Shown one piece after another: positions 52,009 through 60,128 of a stretch of DNA of 64,000 nt (its first letter is position 1; every line of letters starts with the position of its first letter). The notes beneath the pieces were generated by a model. That model was not told the DNA's origin and made no database searches. It saw only the letters and a list, made by a program, of their open reading frames with translations. Origin of the DNA: an uncultured Chthonomonadaceae bacterium (GTDB taxonomy: Bacteria; Armatimonadota; Chthonomonadetes; Chthonomonadales; Chthonomonadaceae); assembly GCA_963817895.1 (NCBI GenBank), contig CAWFQB010000001.1:576001-640000 (forward strand), read 5' to 3'. The position numbers and the translations under genes are program-made.

Positions 52009-53130
52009 TCAGCGCACCTCAATTTGATCGCGCGTCACAATCGCAAGTTCGCGCTCACCAAAAATAGTAGGTACGATCTCCCCGCCCCTTTCCCGCAGAC
52101 GAATCAACAAGCCCTCCTCATTCTGATCTTCATCCGCCGCCCGCTGAAACGCTTCGATACAGTCCCAACTATGCGTCGTCGCAAACACCTGCACATTCAG
52201 CCGTTGCGCCACCTGAAAAATCAACTTCCATACTTCAGGCATAACGGAATAGTGCAGTCCGGTTTCAACCTCATCTACAAGAAGAATGCCATCACGCGCT
52301 GCTGTCAATGCGAGTGCAATGTTGGCTATTCGGCTTATTCCTTCACCCAAACTGCGTAAAGGCACAGGCTGATTCATGCCTTTAAGACGAACGATAGGAA
52401 TACGTCCATGTTCGGCATCGCTATCAACTCTGTAGTTGAAATCCGACACTGAGTTTTCTAAAATATGTAACGCTTCTAGTACAGTATTCTGCTCAGGAGT
52501 TAAAGTAATGGCATCCCACATCGCAGGATAAGCCAGTTTCGGATTACTGGTTGTTGAAATAAAAACGCATTTTATACTGTCAGGTGACTCCAAATGAATA
52601 TCAAAACTGCTGTCCAGTAACCTATACACAGGGTAACGACGTACAAAGCCACCTTTTGTTTTTGTCAGCAAGTGAGGAACAGGAATATTCTTCCCTTCAA
52701 AGCCTTCGACTGCGGTCTGCCTGACTAACTCTGCTGTAGGAAGTGTACTTTCAGGTATTGGCGAGAGTTGGAGTAACAATCCCTCTTTATCAGAACCTGC
52801 CGTCCCTACTTTGATTATGCTGTTACTATCAGAAAAAGCATCTCGGCCATAAAACAAATTTTGAACGCTAAAAGATTTGTCCTCGCCTCTAAATTGTGTA
52901 TATGAGTTGCCTCGCACGCGTCGAGGCAACTCATCCCGCGCATCAAGTAAATTCAGAATTTGGTATGCGGAAGCACCACGCGCATACAAGTACAACGCTT
53001 CCAGCAGGGATGTTTTGCCGACGTTATTCTTCCCCGTAATCAGGTTGACGCGGCCAAGCCGTTCGATGCGCAGATGCTCGAAGGCGCGGAAGTTCTGGAT
53101 TTCGAGGGATGGTAAAAGTAGATTAGCCAT
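52009..53130 (-). CDS. ABC-like AAA_15/AAA_21 ATPase
   Basis: IQNFRAF, GKNNVGKTS, signature LGEG, VDEVETGLH and TTHS. Confidence 0.92.
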   Translation of the reverse strand: MANLLLPSLEIQNFRAFEHLRIERLGRVNLITGKNNVGKTSLLEALYLYARGASAYQILNLLDARDELPRRVRGNSYTQFRGEDKSFSVQNLFYGRDAFSDSNSIIKVGTAGSDKEGLLLQLSPIPESTLPTAELVRQTAVEGFEGKNIPVPHLLTKTKGGFVRRYPVYRLLDSSFDIHLESPDSIKCVFISTTSNPKLAYPAMWDAITLTPEQNTVLEALHILENSVSDFNYRVDSDAEHGRIPIVRLKGMNQPVPLRSLGEGISRIANIALALTAARDGILLVDEVETGLHYSVMPEVWKLIFQVAQRLNVQVFATTHSWDCIEAFQRAADEDQNEEGLLIRLRERGGEIVPTIFGERELAIVTRDQIEVR

Positions 53131-53142
53131 AATGCGGTTCCT

Positions 53143-53179
53143 GCGCGTACCGGGTGTCGGTTTGTGACACCCGGTACGC
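53143..53179. terminator. 15-bp perfect hairpin between the thioredoxin and ATPase genes
   Basis: CGCGTACCGGGTGTC / GACACCCGGTACGCG. Confidence 0.6.
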
Positions 53180-53187
53180 GGCGGGGT

Positions 53188-53829
53188 TTAATGCGGTACT
53201 GCGGCAGAAGTGGAGTGTTCCGGCGAGTTCTGCGTCAGGTAGGCGATGAGGCTTTTGCGGGCATCAGCCTTCATTTTGGGCGCGGTCTTTTTGAGCAGGT
53301 TGTCGAACGCGGCGATCTCCGCCCCGGAACCGGGATAGCCGATGTTGTCCATCGCCCCGTTCTTGCCCGGCATCACGTTGCTGTCGGCAAGTTTTTTGCC
53401 CTTGGCGTCCAGAAACGCGTAAAACGGCAGGCCGGACTTCGCGCCGCTCAAATCGGCCATCACCTTATCCGCGCCCGGATTTTCCAGTGTTTTCTTCGGG
53501 CCGTTCTCGCTGACATCAAGCGGCACAATCACATAATTGTCCGCGAACAGTTTCTTGTACTCCGGCTTGTCCATCACGCCTTCGAGTTTCTTGCACCAGC
53601 CGCACCACGACGCATGGAACATCACCAGAATATTCTTGTGTTCCTTGCCCGCCTGTTCCTGCGCCGACGCCATCAGTTGCGCCGCAGGCAGGGGCGTCGT
53701 CTGCGCGTCCGGCGTGGTTTGCGTGGCAGAAGCGGCAGGCGCGGGCTTCGCCTCCGTCTGCGCCATCACGCCTCTACCCATCAGCGCAACCGCGCCACAT
53801 ACAAGCATCATTGCAACAGTTTTTCGCAT
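53188..53829 (-). CDS. Exported thioredoxin-family protein
   Basis: Signal peptide, FHASWCGWCKK and the cis-Pro loop GLPF. Confidence 0.9.
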   Translation of the reverse strand: MRKTVAMMLVCGAVALMGRGVMAQTEAKPAPAASATQTTPDAQTTPLPAAQLMASAQEQAGKEHKNILVMFHASWCGWCKKLEGVMDKPEYKKLFADNYVIVPLDVSENGPKKTLENPGADKVMADLSGAKSGLPFYAFLDAKGKKLADSNVMPGKNGAMDNIGYPGSGAEIAAFDNLLKKTAPKMKADARKSLIAYLTQNSPEHSTSAAVPH

Positions 53830-53928
53830 TTCGTTTCTCCTTGTCATGTCTGCATACGCGCGTTGTTCACAGGTTGAACTCTTTTCGCGTCTTTTCGCGT
53901 GTTTCGCGGTTTCACACTAATCCTCGCG

Positions 53929-54687
53929 TCAATCTTCCGGTTCCACAACCGCGCCGAACTTGCGAACCCGCTTCTGGTAATCGGCGAGAGCGGCAATCAG
54001 ATGATCGCGGTCAAAGTCGGGCCAGCAGGTCGGCGTAATGTGGATTTCGCTATACGCTGTTTCCCACAGCAGAAAATTGGACAGGCGCAGTTCTCCCGCT
54101 GTCCGAATTAGCAAATCGGGGTCGGGAATATCGGGCGCGTACAAATGCGCGGCAATAGCCTCTTCCGTAATCTCATCCGGCGCAATATGTCCCTGACGCA
54201 CCTGCTCCGCAAGCGCGCGAACCGAATCAACCACTTCCGCCCGCCCGCCATAATTGATGGCGAGATTGAACGTCAGGCCGTCGAAATCGCGTGTGCGCTG
54301 CATGGCGTCCTCAAATTCGGCGCGCAGGCCGGCAGGCAGTTCGCGCATCCGTCCCGACACCCGCACCCGAACATGATTCTGAATCAGTTCCTCGATTTCC
54401 GCCTGCATCGCCCGCAGCATCAACTCCATCAAACCGCCGACCTCATCCTGCGAACGCCGCCAGTTTTCTGAGGAAAAGCCGTACACGGTCAGATACCGCA
54501 CACCCAGCGCATCCGCCGCATACACGATATTTTTCAGCGTCCGATAGCCCTGATCGTGTCCCCACAGCCGGTTTTTGCCCCGCGCCTGCGCCCACCTGCC
54601 GTTGCCATCCATAATGATCGCCACATGCGCAGGCAGTCGCCCTGGATCAAGCCCCGCTGCCCTCGCGTTCGCTGCCCTGTCGGTCAT
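53929..54687 (-). CDS. uppS: Undecaprenyl diphosphate synthase
   Basis: HVAIIMDGNGRWA, FSSENW, NYGGR and RTAGELRLSNFLLW. Confidence 0.98.
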   Translation of the reverse strand: MTDRAANARAAGLDPGRLPAHVAIIMDGNGRWAQARGKNRLWGHDQGYRTLKNIVYAADALGVRYLTVYGFSSENWRRSQDEVGGLMELMLRAMQAEIEELIQNHVRVRVSGRMRELPAGLRAEFEDAMQRTRDFDGLTFNLAINYGGRAEVVDSVRALAEQVRQGHIAPDEITEEAIAAHLYAPDIPDPDLLIRTAGELRLSNFLLWETAYSEIHITPTCWPDFDRDHLIAALADYQKRVRKFGAVVEPED

Positions 54688-54701
54688 GCTATCAACTTCC
54701 T

Positions 54702-55265
54702 CTAAACTTCCATCAAATCCGCTTCTTTGGCCTTCGTCAGCACATCCACTTCCGCGATGTACTTGTCGGTCAGTTTCTGCACCTGCTCCGCGCCCCGCTT
54801 CTCGTCATTCTCGGAAAGCGGGTTCTCCTTATCCTTGCGGGCGGTAGACAGTTTCTTGATGGCGTCCTGCCGCACCGTGCGTATGGACGCCTTGCCCGTT
54901 TCCGCCTTCTGGTTCACCTGCTTGATGAAATCTTTGCGGCGTTGTTCCGTCAGCGGCGGGATGTTCAGGCGGATGCCCACGCCGTCATTGTTGGGCGTGA
55001 TGCCCACATCTGATTTGGAAATCGCCTTTTCGATATGCGCCAGCGCGCTGCGGTCGAACGGCGTAATGAGCAGTTGGCGCGGTTCGGGTACGGACACCGC
55101 CGCCACCTGATTGAGCGGCAGGCTGGAACCGTACATCTCCACTTTGATGTGTTCCAGAATGCCCGGATTGGCCCGTCCCGTGCGTATCAGCGAAAACTCA
55201 TGCTGCACCGCCTCGATGGACTTCTTCATCTTACTCTCAGCGTCTTTGATTAGATCAGGTATCAT
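54702..55265 (-). CDS. frr: Ribosome recycling factor
   Basis: IRTGRANP and IPPLTEQRR; upstream of uppS. Confidence 0.98.
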   Translation of the reverse strand: MIPDLIKDAESKMKKSIEAVQHEFSLIRTGRANPGILEHIKVEMYGSSLPLNQVAAVSVPEPRQLLITPFDRSALAHIEKAISKSDVGITPNNDGVGIRLNIPPLTEQRRKDFIKQVNQKAETGKASIRTVRQDAIKKLSTARKDKENPLSENDEKRGAEQVQKLTDKYIAEVDVLTKAKEADLMEV

Positions 55266-55280
55266 GTTCAGCCTCTTTTG

Positions 55281-55450
55281 TGTAGGATAGGAGTAGCGTC
55301 GTGAACTACCAACACCACGAGGGGTGTGGCTTCCGATTTCAACGAGAACTGGTGACTTTCGCCACTCTGACGTTCCCTCCATCAGCGTTTAGCCTCTCGG
55401 TGATTCCCACCGCGAGTAGTCTCCTGCCCTCACACAGTATGTTCACGGCG
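55281..55450 (-). ncRNA. Predicted omega/reRNA of TnpB with flank-derived guide GACGCTACTCCTATCCTACA
   Basis: TnpB RNAs derive from the right end plus the adjacent flank (established knowledge). The 5' limit here is a guess. Confidence 0.55.
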
Positions 55451-55671
55451 GCATTGATGTCCCTGTCGTGCAGGATTTTGCATCGCTCACACGTCCATTG
55501 TCTGTCGGAGAGTAAGAGAGATTGTTTGTGCTGGCAGCAGTGACAGGTTTTAGACGAGGCAAAGAACCTCCCCACCTTTACCACGCGCTTGTTTTGCCAT
55601 TGCGCCTTATACTCCACCATGCGGAGGAACGTGCCAATAGCAGCATCGGAGAAGGACTTGGCTAACTTGGT
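55339..55671 (-). CDS. tnpB: TnpB C-terminal fragment (Zn finger and RuvC-III)
   Basis: TKLAKSFSDAA..SSKTCHCC..WTCERC..HDRDINAAVNI. Confidence 0.92.
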   Translation of the reverse strand, partial: TKLAKSFSDAAIGTFLRMVEYKAQWQNKRVVKVGRFFASSKTCHCCQHKQSLLLSDRQWTCERCKILHDRDINAAVNILCEGRRLLAVGITERLNADGGNVRVAKVTSSR

Positions 55672-56432
55672 CAGGCCGTTTTGCAGCCCTTTGGCTTTGG
55701 GTTAAACTTTCTGATTGGTATATTGCGCCGTTGCAAAATGCCTCGGACACTTGGGGCGGTTATATGAAAATATGCGGACAATATAGCAGTGCTTTCGCCA
55801 TTTTGGTATCGCAAACATAGCGCGTCCTTTTGTGCGTATGTCAATTTATTTGATTTTTTGTCCTGTGACTTTGCATCAGGATTCGTCCAGCCATGACATG
55901 AGAACCGCTTGCCTTTCGACACCATACCCATTGTTGTAAATGGCAATCCGTGTTCGCGGCAAAATTCCATCATGTTAGGAATTTCTGTCAGTTTACCGTC
56001 AGGTGAAAGTAAACGATGTGGCTCTCCATTTCTATAAGCAAGTGCATGGTGTTCTCTGCTTTCCTTTGTGGCAAACTGATTTTTGGCACTAAGACTGAGG
56101 CGCAATCGGGATTCATCGCTATACTTTACGCCCTTGTTTGTTTTCGTAATCGGGCGCAAATTAAATAGTCGAACACCCGCTGTTTTGTATCGGTCAAAAT
56201 GCTTCTGCTCGGCAACATCACGCGCATCAGCATCAGGCACTACTTCAAGCACAGAAAATTCAAAACAGTTTTCACCGTGCTTGTTCCAAGCATTTTGCAG
56301 GTGACGGTTATCGTGCGTGTTGTTTCGCAGATAACAACGGTGTTGATTCCAGCGTTCAGCCAGATTTTGTGTCTGACCGACATAAACCTTGCCGTTTGCT
56401 GTGCAGGTTATTGAATAGACACCAGCGTTCAT
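55671..56432 (-). CDS. GIY-YIG homing endonuclease (I-TevI/I-BmoI-like) with NUMOD-like and HTH DNA-binding modules
   Basis: GVY..YVGQT..RWNQH..LQNAWNKHG..E..FN; GVKYSDESRLRLS (NUMOD3-like); C-terminal HTH; more AT-rich than tnpB. Confidence 0.93.
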   Translation of the reverse strand: MNAGVYSITCTANGKVYVGQTQNLAERWNQHRCYLRNNTHDNRHLQNAWNKHGENCFEFSVLEVVPDADARDVAEQKHFDRYKTAGVRLFNLRPITKTNKGVKYSDESRLRLSLSAKNQFATKESREHHALAYRNGEPHRLLSPDGKLTEIPNMMEFCREHGLPFTTMGMVSKGKRFSCHGWTNPDAKSQDKKSNKLTYAQKDALCLRYQNGESTAILSAYFHITAPSVRGILQRRNIPIRKFNPKPKGCKTA

Positions 56433-57262
56433 ATTCTCGTTAAGCCTTTGAGGTTCAAGTCCTCGATGCAAAAGGTGTCGAAACGACTCAGAAGACGTGC
56501 CGACAGTTTGTGAAGCCAGTCGTTGCGCTTGTTGCGGACTCTGGCATGGAAGATAGCAACTTGCTTTTTCGCCTTAGCCCGATTGCGGCTTGCCTTCTGG
56601 CAGCGGGAAAGACGGCGTTGCAGGCGTTTGAGTTTGCGTTCGGCCTTGCGATAGAACCTGGGAGGCTTGACTTTCTCGCCCGTGTCAAGGGGCAAAAAGG
56701 ATTGCAGTCCCACGTCTATCCCTACGGGAGCGTCACAGACCGGGGCAATGTCAGGCAGTTCAATATGGCTGACTAAGGTGACATGCCAGTGTCCATCGGC
56801 TTCCTGTTTGATGGTCGCGCCTTTGACAGTTCCCTCCATAGCGCGGTGCAGACGGGCTTTCACCAGTCCGATTTTCGGAAGGGACACTTTGCCGCGCGTG
56901 AGGGTGACATTCTGCGGAATACGAAACGCATTGGGAGTGTGCTTGCGTGATTTGAACGTTGGGAACCGCGCCCGTTTCTCGAAGCAGGCCACGAACGCCC
57001 TGTCCAAATCCATGAGCGTTTGCTGCAACACCTGACTGTGGCACTCTTTCAGGAACGCGGTTTCAGGCAGGCGTTTCAATTTCACCAGTTCCCCCGCAAG
57101 GGCGACATACCCGATGCTTTTGCCTGTCTCTTTGTAGACGGCTTGCTTTCGCGCCAACGCCCAATTCCAGACGAATCTTCTACACCCCGCAAAGCGCAGG
57201 AACTCGTGTTCCTGTTCGAGGGTGGGTTCCAGTCTGAACTTGTAGGTTTTGGTGACAATCAC
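56429..57262 (-). CDS. tnpB: TnpB N-terminal fragment (HTH, WED/REC, RuvC-I and RuvC-II)
   Basis: KTYKFRLEPT, GCRRFVWN, VGIDVGL and CIEDLNLKGL. Confidence 0.95.
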   Translation of the reverse strand: MIVTKTYKFRLEPTLEQEHEFLRFAGCRRFVWNWALARKQAVYKETGKSIGYVALAGELVKLKRLPETAFLKECHSQVLQQTLMDLDRAFVACFEKRARFPTFKSRKHTPNAFRIPQNVTLTRGKVSLPKIGLVKARLHRAMEGTVKGATIKQEADGHWHVTLVSHIELPDIAPVCDAPVGIDVGLQSFLPLDTGEKVKPPRFYRKAERKLKRLQRRLSRCQKASRNRAKAKKQVAIFHARVRNKRNDWLHKLSARLLSRFDTFCIEDLNLKGLTRI

Positions 57263-57281
57263 AGGAGGCCCTTCCGCCTGT

Positions 57282-57365
57282 TCAGGGTTTTGATTTCTGG
57301 TTTGCGATGTACTTGGCAATCATAGCGGCAGAGACGGTTCCTGCGCTGCCGTAGTAACAACCGTC
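57282..57365 (-). pseudogene. tnpA: C-terminal remnant of the IS200 Y1 transposase TnpA
   Basis: Translates to DGCYYGSAGTVSAAMIAKYIANQKSKP*, containing the catalytic YIxNQ motif. The rest is deleted. Confidence 0.8.
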
Positions 57366-58009
57366 CGACCGGGCGTCCACCCCAAGGGAAGGACACCACA
57401 AGGGGATGGGGTTTTCTGGCCTTGTCTCTATAAAATATGTCAAAATAGCGCCTGCCAACTGTCTACAAACTCAGCAACGCGCCCGTTTGTTCCCGCAGCA
57501 GCGCGACACGACGATGTAATGTTGTTTCGGCTTCGGCCTGCGTATTTCCTGCCGCAAACGGCAAATTGAAAGTGGCGTCATAAATCCGAAAGCAACTGTT
57601 TAGCCCCGTTCTCGGTTCTTGCTTCTGTAGAAACATCTAACTTTATCATGGCGGCTGTTCGATCAGTTCAGACTTGTAGAAAGGCTGATGCAACTCCATA
57701 TATCCATCGCTAATCTACTCAAAATATTGATCTTAATTTGAAGGATTCAGCAGCAACGCGCCTACGGTATTTAGATGAAAGTAGGATACGGACGCGCAAT
57801 GAAAAGACCCTTTTGCGCTCCTCTCTTGATAAAGGCGGAAATGAGTTATTGCGTGTTCCACGTAATGACTGCCAAAATGATGAAATTTGATATAGTCGAT
57901 GGACTAGCGTAAGTGTCACTGTCAAAAAGAAACTTCTATATTGTCCAATGTGCTTGAACATGTAAGAAGCAGAAAGGCAACACTATGATATACCCTGTGC
58001 GTCAGTAGT

Positions 58010-59017
58010 TTAGCCCTTCGCATAGTAGTCTGACACTGCCCGGAACGACTCTTTGGGTTCCCACGCCATATCGGGGTAGGTCACGCCGCGTTGATTGGCG
58101 TAGCTTTTAACCAGACTGTAACTCGCCATGTCGAAGTCCAGACGGGGGATGTCAAGATGAATCAGGGTAGGCGAGACAAAGGTAAAGACAAACGCGCCTG
58201 CTACGCCCTCCCCGTCGAGAATCGTCAGCAGGTCTGTCAGTTCGCGCGCCTGTAAGCCTTCGTCGCGCGTATAGTCGCCGTTAAGTCGTGGCCGCGCCGG
58301 ATCGGAGTTTTCCATAATGGCCCAGCCCATGCCGCCCCTGTCCTCGGCTCCCTGATAGGCGCAGCAGCCAACTTCCGCGATGATGAGGGGCTTATGATAG
58401 CTTGCGTACTGCCGGAGTCGCGCGCCGTATGTGTCACGGTCACGCGCCATGCGGTAGTGGTCCAGGCAGATGTAGTCGAAGAGCGTCCAGTCCACTGCTT
58501 CAAAAGGAACCGCCGCGTAGGTCACTTCGCCGTGAAAGACCTGCCGAACCGCCGCGTTCGCTTCGCGCAAAAAGGCGTTGAGCGGCGCATTATGCTGCCC
58601 GGAATGGAGATTCGCAAACAGCGTCGGCGCGGCAATCCGTTCCATAAAGCTGCCGCCCGGAAGGAGTCCCTGCATGAAAAGCGTGAACTCGCCGCCGAGA
58701 ACAAACACGATTTGCGGCGACTGACGGCGCAACAGTTCAGCTTGCGCGGCGCAATCCAGAATGTAAGCCAGTGTTTCGTCCGCGCTTTTATCGTAGAGTA
58801 ACGGCGAAAGCCAGACTTCCAGCCCCAACTCCCGCGCAATCTGCGCGGCCTGTATCAGCCGCTCGACCTCCTGCCCGGAGATGCGGACGGCGTTGCAATG
58901 CAGGTCGTTGCGGATGATCTCCAGTTCCCGGCGCGTGACGGTGAGATCAAAGACCGGGCGCGCGGCCCAATCACCGAGGCGTGTGCCCACATCGTAGTTG
59001 ACCCCTTTTCGGTTCAT
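58010..59017 (-). CDS. Glycoside-hydrolase-like TIM-barrel protein
   Basis: KGVNYDVG, LHCNAVRI, GGEF, VDW..DHY and AEVGC. Confidence 0.7.
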   Translation of the reverse strand: MNRKGVNYDVGTRLGDWAARPVFDLTVTRRELEIIRNDLHCNAVRISGQEVERLIQAAQIARELGLEVWLSPLLYDKSADETLAYILDCAAQAELLRRQSPQIVFVLGGEFTLFMQGLLPGGSFMERIAAPTLFANLHSGQHNAPLNAFLREANAAVRQVFHGEVTYAAVPFEAVDWTLFDYICLDHYRMARDRDTYGARLRQYASYHKPLIIAEVGCCAYQGAEDRGGMGWAIMENSDPARPRLNGDYTRDEGLQARELTDLLTILDGEGVAGAFVFTFVSPTLIHLDIPRLDFDMASYSLVKSYANQRGVTYPDMAWEPKESFRAVSDYYAKG

Positions 59018-59060
59018 GTTTCCCTCCTGATGTCCACAGGTAGACGCGGGTGAGGGCAAG

Positions 59061-60059
59061 TCATTTCGGGCGTAACAATTGTACAAGCATATAGAGTAAG
59101 AAGAGGGCGATATTGACGAGGGAGTAGCGCTGCACGGCTTCGTAGGCATAGTGCGCCGTTTCCACGCGGCAGGCATCTACCACAATGGCGCGGGTGGCCG
59201 GGGAAAGGTCCTGAAATTTGGGGTTGTCGGCCCACAGGCTTGCCAGTCCGTGCCGGCACGTCGCCCACGCGAAACCCCACACGCACAGGTACGCCAGCGC
59301 CGCCGCATAGCTGTAGTACAGGCCCGCGAACACCAGGCTGTAGCATACCGTCGCGCCCAAAAGGGCGGGACCCCAGGGCCAGCCGAGATAATCCATTGCG
59401 GCTTCCTGCAAGGCTCTGCGGGTTTCCCCGTTGGTGGGGTTGCGGCGCAGGCTTTCGGCGTAGTTTTCCACCGCCTCTTTTAACCTCTTCTGTCCAAGCA
59501 GGGCGTCCCCGAGCAGGCGCAGGGCGCGGGAATTCTCCGGTTCCAGATTCAGGGCGGTGCGGCTGCTAATTTCGGCTTCGGCATACTTGTTTTGCGCCAG
59601 ATACACATACGCCCGCGTCCGGTGCGCCAGCCCCTCTTCGGGCGCGACGGCGAGCAGGCGCTGTACCGTGTCTTCCGCTTCGGGCAGGCGGTTGACGCAG
59701 ACCTGCGCTTCGGCAAGGGTACTGAGCGTATAGGTTCCGTCCGGTTCCAGGCGGGCGGCTTCCGTCGCGGCTTCCAGAGCGGCTTTCAGACGGTCAGTAC
59801 GCATAAAAATCACGCTGCGCAGCCGATGCCCCCACTCCTCGCCGGGGTCTACGGCAACCGCGCGATTGGCCCATTCCAGCGCAGTCGCGTACTCCTCCAG
59901 ATTGACGTAAACGTAGGCGAGCATACACAAAATCTCGCCGTTTTCCGCATCAATCGCCAGCGCGTTGTTGAGCAGGGGAATGGCTTCGCGGTAGCGGCCC
60001 ACATCCAGGGCGGCCTGCGCGCGGTTCTTTAATTGAAAAAGGTCGTTTTCGTCGGGCAT
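59061..60059 (-). CDS. TPR protein with C-terminal TM helices
   Basis: Six 34-aa TPRs followed by hydrophobic segments. Confidence 0.88.
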   Translation of the reverse strand: MPDENDLFQLKNRAQAALDVGRYREAIPLLNNALAIDAENGEILCMLAYVYVNLEEYATALEWANRAVAVDPGEEWGHRLRSVIFMRTDRLKAALEAATEAARLEPDGTYTLSTLAEAQVCVNRLPEAEDTVQRLLAVAPEEGLAHRTRAYVYLAQNKYAEAEISSRTALNLEPENSRALRLLGDALLGQKRLKEAVENYAESLRRNPTNGETRRALQEAAMDYLGWPWGPALLGATVCYSLVFAGLYYSYAAALAYLCVWGFAWATCRHGLASLWADNPKFQDLSPATRAIVVDACRVETAHYAYEAVQRYSLVNIALFLLYMLVQLLRPK

Positions 60060-60062
60060 GGC

Positions 60063-60128
60063 AGGTTAGGTGAATAGGTTGTCAGGTTGTCAGTTGTTAG
60101 TTGTCAGGGTTTTAGTTGTCAGGTGTTA
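60063..60128. repeat. GTTAGTT/GTCAGGTT repeat cluster, single orientation
   Basis: ggttgtcaggttgtcagttgttagttgtcagggttttagttgtcagg. Confidence 0.8.

Larger units (their letters stand above)
55301..57429 (-). mobile_element. Non-autonomous IS200/IS605 element (tnpA remnant plus interrupted tnpB)
   Basis: Minus strand: TAM-like TTTAT (57434-57430), left end AGAGACAAGGCCAGAAAACCCCATCCCCTTGTGGTG, right end GAAGCCACACCCCTCGTGGTGTTGGTAGTTCAC ending at 55301. Confidence 0.85.

Noticed and set aside
55281..55300. TnpB guide targeting the CTACTCCC heptamer repeats
   Set aside because: The resemblance is only about 7 nt, lies outside the first guide positions, and the repeats lack an adjacent TTTAT.
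55672..56434. Group I intron, IStron or intein explanation for the tnpB insert
   Set aside because: The insert is entirely ORF, the 5' exon does not end in U at the frame-restoring junction, it is out of frame with tnpB, and it lacks Cys/Ser-start and His-Asn-end intein motifs. A ribozyme fully overlapping the ORF cannot be excluded without a covariance search.
49660..57429. A prophage spanning the terminase to the GIY-YIG gene
   Set aside because: The intervening genes are frr, uppS and a thioredoxin, and there is no integrase, att site or structural gene.
57440..57990. AT-rich stretch upstream of the IS element as a gene
   Set aside because: Only short broken frames with no recognisable motif; possibly a decayed gene but not supportable.
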